From NCBI GenBank assembly GCA_002269645.1, contig NIVC01000008.1, positions 8,998 to 72,997 of the forward strand: a stretch of 64,000 bases of DNA, given 5' to 3'. Of the stretch, positions 54,584 to 64,000 are shown in pieces. The position numbers were made by a program, and so were the translations under genes. This stretch comes from Macrostomum lignano. Taxonomy: Eukaryota. The notes beneath the pieces were generated by a model. That model made no database searches, was not told the DNA's origin, and worked only from the letters and a program-made list of their open reading frames with translations. How positions within the stretch are numbered: the first letter of the stretch is position 1; every line of letters begins with the position of its first letter.

Positions 54584-55267
54584 CTTAAGCCCTACACCAC
54601 GGGAGAATGAAGCGTTAGTTACCGGTCCTTCCACTGGCTCAATGAGTTTAATGAGTCTTAATCTAAAAGTTACGTCAATATACTCCAGTCGTCCGTGACT
54701 AGACATCTCGATTCTAATTATCAAAATAACCAAAAACAGACACAGTGCCAAAATATGTTTGATGCAATTCAAAAAAACTGTAAATACGAGTATATCAAGC
54801 AAGAGATTCAAAGCCAGTTTTATTTCCTCTGGATAAAAAAGAATAGAATAAAAATCTATCACTATTGCGCAACTAAGCTACAAAACACCAAATCCAAGGC
54901 CACAGTGTAAGCTGGTACAGTAAGCTATATATAGAGTGAAAAAAATGCAGCAGCCAAAACGGGTGCCGTAAGATCAACAGCTTCACCAAAACTAACTCAA
55001 TGCAGGAGGAAAACTAACAAAATAGAATAAGCAGATTTGACAAGTCAACAAAATTCAATGCTGTAGAATTAACATTTACCCTAATAGGACGCACTAAAAT
55101 TAACAGTGGTCTTTATAAAAAAAACATTTATTGGAAATGTTCTGTGTTTGTCCAAGGTGCGTCATATTAAGGTAATGAACTTATAAAAAATTGGTCCATC
55201 CTATAGGAAATTATACATGTACTATTACACTGGCCAGCTGCACGGATGAATTGAGTGACTGTCAAGC

Positions 55268-57511
55268 CTAAAGCTCGTTTCTCCTCCTCCTTTTATCCTT
55301 GTCCGACATCTCGTCGATACTCATCTGAAGTTGAACTTTATCAGCTACTCGCTTGCAGCCGGTGCTGGAGAAGAACTTCTCCCGCTCAGGCACGAATACC
55401 AGTTTGTTCAGCACCCGCTCGATGAAGTCCGATCCGTACAGCCAGTCAGGATAGTGGAGTTTCAGGTAGTCCTTGATGCACTCGGTCACGTGGAGTCGCT
55501 CCAGCGGTAGGAATGGGATGAAACGGGACACCAGGTGATGTTTAAGTAGGGCGCTTTTGCGGAGAGGGCCTGCAGCAATCATAGTGCATCAATGAGCTAA
55601 AGTTATATTTGAATCACTTCGGTCCCTGTTGCTGAGGTTATGGGGCTTCGAAAATGGGGCTCATGTGGCCCGATATGCATGATGTTCACGGTAATGATTG
55701 ATTATTAGTAGATGAAAAACAGAACGCACCATTGCTTTCGTCATAAAGATACAATGGCAGTTTGTCGTCAAGTTTGCTGTAAACTTCCGAGCGATCTTTG
55801 CCCAGCTTTTTCTGGGCAAGCATGTACCGAGAAATCATATCACTTCCACTGTTGCTGAAATTATTCATAGGCTAAATTTATTAGGAATTAAATTGCACGA
55901 GAAATTAAAGCAAATTTATATTTGAAACTGAAGTCCCACCTTAGAAAGATGAATATCGCTCTGCGATAATCCACTCGGTCAATATGCTGGTAAGAGTCAA
56001 CAAATGGCTTAAGCGCGTCGAGCAGTGTGGCGGGCATTTTGTCAACTTCATCGAACACGAACACAGATTTTGGGCAGATCGATACGTTGCCACGAACCCA
56101 GGCTTGGATCTGGTCCTATTTTGCATTATTAATTTGCCGATAATAAAGCCTTGGTGAAAGCAAAAACTTTGTTTATGAAATAAAAAAATATGATTAGTAA
56201 TTTACTGACTAACCAACCTTATAAGTTTGCACTTGGTTTTTATGCGGAAAGTGCACAGTGCCCGAGAACAGATGATAAAACTTGCTTTTTGAATCTTTTA
56301 TAAATAGATGCCTAATAAGAATGCCAGACACATAGTTTTTCCCTGTGCCAGGTGGGCCATGCATGGATAGCAGCAAAGCTTTGGCAGGTTGATTGTTGCT
56401 CCAATGCTGTTGAACTGCATTTGACAGACCAATCAGTGGCTGGCCATAGACTCGTTCCTTTAGGGCATTGTTGAAGCCTGATTGATAATTGAAAATATTG
56501 GTTACTTGTTTTAAATAAGATATCTTAGTTTCTAAAAATGATATTTATTATGTATAAAAATCTTATCTATTTCTATAATTTCATTGATTCCCATTTTCTT
56601 TTCTAGTTTAAAATAGTTTACAGCCTAATTTTTTTAAATCAAGACCTATATTTGGGGAAGATATTATTACAAGCTAAATTAAAATAGCTTAGGCCAATAA
56701 TTTACACTTATGAACATATACATATTATATATGCACAATCTAAATTTACCTAGCTAATGCAATACAGTAAGTTTTTTCCTCAAAAATGTGATATGCCTAT
56801 ATCTATAAGGCTTTTTTGACTGTTTGGTTTTTTATATAAGACAGTTTCATTTTAATAAAATTTATAATACATAATACCTTATTAGTATATCAGTTGTGGC
56901 TGAGCTATCAGTTGCACATCTAGCTATTAGGGCAGGCATAATTGATTATTATTATTATATTTCTATATTATGATTATTATTAGTTCTATTTTATTGACTT
57001 TGGCTTTCTCTATATAAATGGGTATTACAAACTAGGCTTATGACTCTGACTCATTTAATTTATTACATAATTGTTCATTGATAAACTATAAATTCAATCA
57101 GTTTATTGAATATTTGTTAACTCCATTTTGAAGTGGATATTATTAGACTAGCTTGTGCAAATCTTCAAATGTTCAAATGACCTTAAGAAGAGGTCCTAGA
57201 AATTAATTTTTAAAGTACATGGCTTTTTTAAAAAGAGAGCAGATGTGGAGAGCTTTAACATTTACATACTTACCTTCTGCACTGAAATCTATCCAAGATC
57301 CTGAGCATCTCTCAGGGAAAATTATATCAAAAAGCCAATTAAAAAATCCATTATTAAATGGCGCCTCGCCCACGGCCACAAAAAGAGTAGGGAAGGTAGC
57401 ACTTGCAAAGAGATACTTGTTTACGCCCGCTATTGATTCAACATTTGAATAACAAAACAAATTCAGCAGTGCTAAAATAGAAGCCAATGGCAGCCTTAGA
57501 TAAATCCGCAT
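55268..57511 (-). CDS. Torsin family AAA+ ATPase, copy 1 (366 aa)
   Basis: Exons 57511-57274, 56477-56218, 56115-55940, 55854-55730 and 55569-55268 (1101 nt). Signal peptide plus hydrophobic N-domain; Walker A GPPGTGKN, Walker B FDEVDKM, IFLSN, PFLPLE and sensor-2 GCKRV. Confidence 0.93.
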
Positions 57512-59234
57512 TATCTCAACTCTAGGGAAACTTATTTTATAAACAGGAAAATCAGAAATTATACGATTGTAAATTAGGATTCACTTTACAATATTTTAAA
57601 ACATTTCGCGTTGTAATTTGTTCGACGACAAACCACAGGACAGGCGTGGATGGAAGCCTTGAGTCTAAATAAGTCTATATTAAAAAATTCAATTTAGCGA
57701 ATTTTCGGTTTTCGATTCTATCGAATATAATTTTCCTCAGTACTTATTCTTGAATGTCTCTTTTGTTTGAATTTTTTTATTTTAGTGTAAATGCTTGTGT
57801 TGCATCTTACGTGTATTCTTTGTTTCTTTGTTGAAACGTTACCACTGATACGTACAAAAACATCGGAATTTTTGTCTTTTATCAAAAGTTGATCCTTTTT
57901 GTACAAAAGAGTCGATAAAAACTTTGCTTCCTTAGACAATCTTTATATCACAGACAGGCAGACACAAAGACAGACAGAAAGAAACTAAAACAGACTGACT
58001 GATAGACAGACAGTTTGCATGGGTTATTGGTGGCGGATTAACCCAATCTCTGCATGGGCGGATGACCATCTTACAGGAGTGGGAGGCCATCCATGCAGCG
58101 CATAAAGTGATTTATATCTATACACCAGTCAAGCGAGGGGCGAGGGACTGACCAATCGATAGCAACGTAAATGATTGGGGGACGGCCGGTGGGTTAGGGC
58201 GGCAGGTACGGTGAGCACACAACAAAATACATTTGCAAGTCTATCACTGAAATCTCGATCTCTATTAGCAAAGAAAGAAAAATCAAGAGGGGAATTAAAA
58301 TCATTTGCTCGAATGAATTATCGCTTTCGAAACATTGTACATTAGGCATTTGCGAAAACTCAAAAGCAGGGACAACTAAAACACTTTAGTTATGTTTTAA
58401 AGTGTTTTAGTTGTCCCTGCTCAAAAGTATTTCTTTAAAAAATACAAAAAATATTTTTCAATATTTTTGAGACAATTATATAAAAAATGAACAACGAAAT
58501 TCGATTTAAACACGAAATAAATAAATTTTTTTATATTTTTCTAAGCAACAAAGTCAGCCGATTAACCCTATATAAGCTTTGCATTGAAAATTCATGTACA
58601 TGTAAAAGCTTAGTCCTTGAAAACAAACAAAAGTCACCGTTCGTATCATTCACACGTCATACATGTATCTGCTTGCCCTTGATGGCCCTAGCAGAGCGGC
58701 GCAGTGGCTCTTCAGGCTCCACAAGATCTGATTGCCGCCAACTCATCGCTGGCTGGAGCCGCCTGGCCGCCGCCAGTTGGACGTCTTCGGCTTCATTAGT
58801 GGACTCAGCAGTGGTCGACGTGCTGATGAAATTTGAAGGTTTGGCAAGGCTGCACTGAGGCGCAGTGCTGATTGGCGCACAGGGGTGCATTGAATACACT
58901 GGCGCTTATGGGAAAAATCCGACCTTCTGGCAGAATCTTTGAATATCTCGATGGTCCGGAGGGCTGGCGACTTGATTCTTGTTTGAGAAGGTGCGCAACA
59001 AAAAGTTAACTCGTGTTCTTGAATTTCGTGTGCCTGCGCCTGCAATACTGTATAAATGTGTAGAGCGAAAAACAAACTGACTGTCCGGGCAATGACAGAC
59101 TGAGACGATTGTCTCGTGCTCCGTTTTGCAATTTACAATTGTCCGAAAAGTGATCGAGAACTGTCATTTCAGAGCGAAAAAACTGCATGAAACCTTTTCT
59201 AATGTTGCTCTAGTGCTTACCTCAAATTAGCGCC

Positions 59235-59720
59235 AGCAGGCACTCATTTTGTGGCCACACCCAGGCACTCATTTTGTGACCACACCCAGGCACTCATTTT
59301 GTGGCCACACCCAGGCACTCATTTTGTGGCCACACCCAGGCACTCATTTTGTGGCCACACCCAGGCACTCATTTTGTGGCCACACCCAGGCACTCATTTG
59401 TGGCCACACCCAGGCACTCATTTTGTGGCCACACCCAGGCACTCATTTGTGGCCACACCCAGGCACTCATTTTGTGGCCACACCCAGGCACTCATTTTGT
59501 GGTTACACCCAGGCACTCATTTTGTGGCCACACCCAGGCACTCATTTTGTGGCCACACCCAGGCACTCATTTTGTGGCCACACCCAGGCACTCATTTTGT
59601 GGCCACACCCAGGCACTCATTTTGTGGCCACATCCAGGCACTTATTTTGTGGCCATCCAGGCACTCATTTGTGGCCATCCAGGCACTCATTTTGTGACCA
59701 CATCCAGGCACTCATTTTGG
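59235..59720. repeat. 25-bp minisatellite (GCACTCATTTTGTGGCCACACCCAG)
   Basis: About 19 units. Confidence 0.95.
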
Positions 59721-59844
59721 CACCGCAGGCGCTATGCATGTATATTGGTGCCTGTAGTAAGTAAACTCAGACGGTTAGCGCGAGGTGGAAAAATAGTACG
59801 GCCCTCACAAGAGCCCGCAACCAGTGAATATGCTTTTATATTCG

Positions 59845-60415
59845 GGATGCAGCACCCCTCCGATTCATTCATTGGCGGACACTTTAAACCAGAGAATTAT
59901 CGAGACACTTTAAATCGAGATGGCTGACACGCTGAAGCAGACCGCGTACTGGCCGGGACTACCAAACCTTCCAACCGAAGAAAATTTAGCATTCAGAAGA
60001 TTCAGATTCAGCTCGAAGAGACGGTATATTGATTGACGTGCAGAAGGTACCGCCATCAGACCGAGGAAACAGCTGCTTGCTGGCGGTGCAGAACCAGTTC
60101 TCCAAGTTCCTGACAGCTGTTCAATCCCAGACCAGACCGCTAAGACAGCTGCAGTAGCGGCCTTGAAGGCATTCTCCCTGTTAGGAGTTCCGTTGGTCAT
60201 CCACTTGGATCAGGGCTCTTCCAAGAGACGCCGCGAGCGCAGGGGCACCAGGAAGACCCGCATCACGCCCTACCATCCCCAAGAAAACGGCCTGGGATAG
60301 TGCGGCAACAAGTCGCTGCTGCAGCTGCTGAGGCTGTTCACCGAGACTGAGTCCAGCTTGAAGGAGCAGCTGTCGTTGGTGGTCCTGTCCTATAACTCCA
60401 GGGTCCACACAGCTC
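59845..60415 (+). mobile_element. Decayed Ty3/Gypsy integrase fragment
   Basis: H...GGHF, TLKQTAYWPGL, ILIDV..NQFSKFLTAV, GVPLVIHLDQG, ITPYHPQENGLG*CGNKSL and YNSRVH, with frameshifts and a stop. Confidence 0.85.
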
Positions 60416-60899
60416 AACTTAGGTTGCGCTCCCTTTGCTCATTTTCACTAATGAATAGATTGATTACTGCCCTGCAAGAACGTCGTACTTTGATCTCACG
60501 CTGCCATTTGTAAGAAATATTATATTTTCAGCCAGAATCTGTTGTTTGTTAAAATTGATTGCACTTATTTAAGAGGAAATCCATGATTCGAGCTCGTACC
60601 ACCATGTATTTTTCAATTATCGACCATTGGCAACATTGACAACCGACTACCAAGATCATAACTTAAAGGAGTCGGCAAGTTAAAGGTATATGTAATCAAT
60701 AATTGTGCAGGTAGAAACCAACGACTACTCATGTTGTTATTGCTATTTCGATATTTTTCGATATTTTTCGATTTTTCGATATTTCGATTGCTTTCGATAG
60801 GAGGCAGTGTTGATCCTAAGATGTACATGTCCTGTGCCTAAAAACCATAGAAATGGCACGGCACGGCTCGGATCATTTGTTTTATGAATATTTTTATTA

Positions 60900-61480
60900 T
60901 TATCCCATGCTTCAGATTGGGGAATCCCATGCTTCAGATTGGGGAATCCCATGTTTCAGATAGGTGAATCCCATGTTTCAGATAGGGGAATCCCATGTTT
61001 CAGATAGGGAATCCCATGCTTTAGATAGGGGAATCCCATGCTTAAGATAGGGGAATCCCATGCTTGAGATAAGGGAATCCCATGCTTAAGATAGGGAATC
61101 CCATGCTCAAGATAGGGGGATTCTTAAGATAGGGGAATCCCATGCTTCAGATAGGGGAATCCCATGCTTGAGATGAGGGAATCCCATGCTTGAGATAGGG
61201 GAGTACCATGCTTAAGATAGGGGAATCCCATGCTTGAGATAGGGGAATATCATGCTTGAGATAGGGGAATACCATGCTTTAGATAGGGGGATCCCATGCT
61301 TAAGATAGGGAATCCCATGCTTTAGATAGGGGAATCCCATGCTTTAGATAGGGGGATCCCATGCTTGAGATAGGGGAATCCCATGCTTGAAATAGGGAAT
61401 CCCATGCTTAAGATAGGGAATCCCATGCTTGAGATAGGGAAATCCCATGCTTTAGATAGGGGATCCCATGCTTAAGATAA
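60900..61480. repeat. ~22-bp minisatellite (GGGAATCCCATGCTTGAGATAG)
   Basis: Direct reading. Confidence 0.92.
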
Positions 61481-61550
61481 ACTTGAGTTTCCACCTTATA
61501 GTTCCAAGTTTAGCGCTCAAAGTTTTTAACTCAATAAAAATACTGCGTAG

Positions 61551-61928
61551 CTAAATAGCTTTCCTCTTTGATTTTGTTCTCGACATGTCCGCATCTCCGC
61601 TCTTCTCTCTGTCTGCTTCATTGTCCAACATGCTCTGCACGAACTGTGCCTTGCTGATGACCATCTTGCAGCCTGACTCGGAGAAGAATCGCTCATTCTC
61701 CGGCTTGAATCGAAGCTGCTTCAGCACCCGATCGATAAACAGCTGCCGACGCTGCGCGGCCAGGTAGTTGGGCTGGCTGGCTCGCAGGTAGTCCTCTATG
61801 CAGCCGGTCACGTGCTCCCGCTCCAGCGGCAGGAACGGGACATAGTGCGACACCAGGTTCTGCTGGAAGACGGCGCTGTCACGCACGGAGCCTGTGGTGG
61901 TATAGTGATGTGTGTGTGTGTGTGTGTG

Positions 61929-61959
<31 letters not shown>

Positions 61960-64000
61960 GTGTCTTAGTGTCTATGTGTCTTAGTGTCTGTCCGTCTTAG
62001 TGTCTGTCTGTCATAGTGTCTGTCTGTCATAGTGTCTGTCTGTCTGTCTTAGTGTCTGTCTATCAATCTACCAATAACAAGCAGAGCTGAGCTCACTCTG
62101 TGTATGCAGGTACTTGATCAGCTGATTTTTCAAACTGAAGTTGCTGTAAGCATCGCCTCGGTTTCGATTCAGCCTCTTCTGCTCCAGCATGTGCTGCTCG
62201 ATGGCGCTGCTGCCTTCGTTGCTGCAATTCGGGTTATAAAATCTGGGTCAAAGTTGATTCTCAGCCTACTACTTAAAGTAGTTAACAGCAGAGTCACAGC
62301 AGTTTCTCACAAGAGAAATATGAAAATTGCGCTGCGAAAATCCAATGCGTGGAACACCTGGTCGGTCTCGTGGTAGTCGAGTAGCGGTTGCAGCGAGTCA
62401 AGAAGCCTGAAGGGCATTTTGTCAACCTCGTCGAACACGAACACCGACCTGGGGCAGCGGGTCACATTGCCCCGGATCCAGGAATGAAGTCGGTTCTGAC
62501 AAGTTCCATAGGGTGTGAGATTGTTTATAAGTTTGCATATATACTTGTATACAAGCTTTAATATGTGTAATAGAGTACGTTATAATTACTATGATTATTT
62601 GGCTTACGTAGTTGATACTTTAAATAAGTCACGTCACGTAAAGCGGATGTCTTAGGGGAGCGTAGCCCAGTGGTCCAGCTCTTATTGGTCCAGCTCTTAT
62701 TGGTCCAGCTCTTATTGGTCCAGCTCTTATTGGTCCAGCTCTTTTTGGTCCAGCTCTTTTTGGTCCAGCTCTTATTGGTCCAGCTCTTATTGGTCCAGCT
62801 CTTATTGGTCCAGCTCTTATTGGTCCAGCTCTTATTGGTCCAGCTCTTATTGGTCCAGCTCTTATTGGTCACTTTCTTAGTCAACATTAATTTGGGGCTA
62901 AATTGGAATCTCGGCTTGGGTCTGCTTATGCAATTAACGCCCTTAAGGGCACCCACCTCCAAGGTACAGGGTGTACATGCCTGATGATTAGAAAGTCAGG
63001 GCCTGTGCCTGAATGCATAAGTATCTACGTGCTTGTGTGATTGCTCAGGGGAGTCAGTGGAGCCTGCTCAGGGGCACTAATGCCTATCGCCGGTTGTGTG
63101 ACAATGTCGCTTAAACCTGCCCACATGCTCCCTGCATCTAAAAATATAAGATATCCTCATAGGTTATATTTATTCTGAAATTGTTTCTGGATAATGTCTG
63201 GTCTGCTGTAGCCCCACATTTGCCTCATAGGCCACTTAACAAGTAAATATTCTAGATACAATACAACAAGTTCTAAGAAATTGAAAAATAACTTGTGCTA
63301 GCTGCTATCTGCATCATGTTAGCCTATCACTCTAGTTGATTTTTTCATAAAAAAATAAGTTTACCAACCATATAATTGAGCAGCTGACTGCTCTGGTGGA
63401 AGTGCAAAGTTGCTGGTACAAGTGGTAGAACTGGCTTCTTGTTCCTTCTTTGTATAAATGATTTGCCATGATCTGGCATACATAGTTTTTGCCAGTGCCT
63501 GTGGGGCCATGCATTGATATCACAAGAGCTTTGGCTGCCTGACTATCATTCCAATGTTGCTGGATGGCCTCTGCTAGCCCAGTTAATGGTTGTCCATACA
63601 CTCTGTTGACCAAGGCTTCTTTAAAACCTAGGAAAGAAAAAAAAACTCCTTTAAATAAAAAAATTCATACTAATTATAAACAATTTTTGTTATGCATGTT
63701 TAATTCTTTTTTATTTTAATCGAACAAAACTAAAAGTTGTGTTTAACACTTTATCAGCAAATGAACAAATAATAGAAATTAATGTATTGATTTTTAGCTA
63801 TCTTAATTAGCCATACCTCCTGCAGTTTTTAAAGCTATATTATATTTAGGAATATTTTGTATTATATATTTGATAAATTAACAAAAAATAACTACAAAGT
63901 AAATATTAGGCCTACCTGTGAAATTAAAATCAACCCATGGACTTGTGCAGGTTTCATAATCCTCACTTGAACTGGTAAGAAAATTGAGCACTTCCAAAAG
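61551..64000 (-). pseudogene. Torsin family AAA+ ATPase, copy 2 (5' partial; 1-nt frameshift in exon 2, pseudogene or assembly error)
   Basis: Exons >64000-63916, 63627-63369, 62495-62311, 62221-62097 and 61891-61551, at the same intron positions as copy 1. [21 protein letters not shown] and GCKMV are present. Exon 2 is 259 nt versus 260 in copy 1, with the frame lost after YHLY at ~63415. The torsin identity is firm; pseudogene status is uncertain. Confidence 0.7.
62672..62870. repeat. 15-bp minisatellite (TGGTCCAGCTCTTAT) in torsin-2 intron 2
   Basis: Direct reading. Confidence 0.93.

Overview
Eukaryotic (metazoan) genomic DNA with GC-rich exons, short GT-AG introns and many introns filled by their own minisatellite. 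The style resembles a free-living flatworm such as Macrostomum; that assignment is inference only. Manually spliced gene models: a secreted single-exon protein with two IL-17-like cystine-knot domains (7750-8589 +); protein disulfide isomerase (4 exons, C-terminal KEEL, UPR element upstream); a 777-aa Cys-containing 10-aa-repeat ORF; the PP2A catalytic subunit (4 exons, GC-AG first intron); a coiled-coil + NHL-like beta-propeller gene; a long + strand coiled-coil gene ending in an IRAG/MRVI1/LRMP-like domain and tail anchor; an intronless heat-inducible HSP70 with TATA box and perfect HSEs, nested antisense in an intron of that gene; an unknown small gene; a secreted fibrinogen-related protein; and two tandem torsins, the second partial and frameshifted by 1 nt. 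Also present are decayed Ty3/Gypsy RT-RNaseH and integrase fragments, several MITEs with target-site duplications, and about 25 micro/minisatellites. Most long ORFs in the ORF track are repeat or antisense artefacts. Strongest leads: the tandem IL-17-like protein, the invertebrate IRAG-like gene with nested HSP70, and a VNTR that amplifies an in-frame splice acceptor 12 times.
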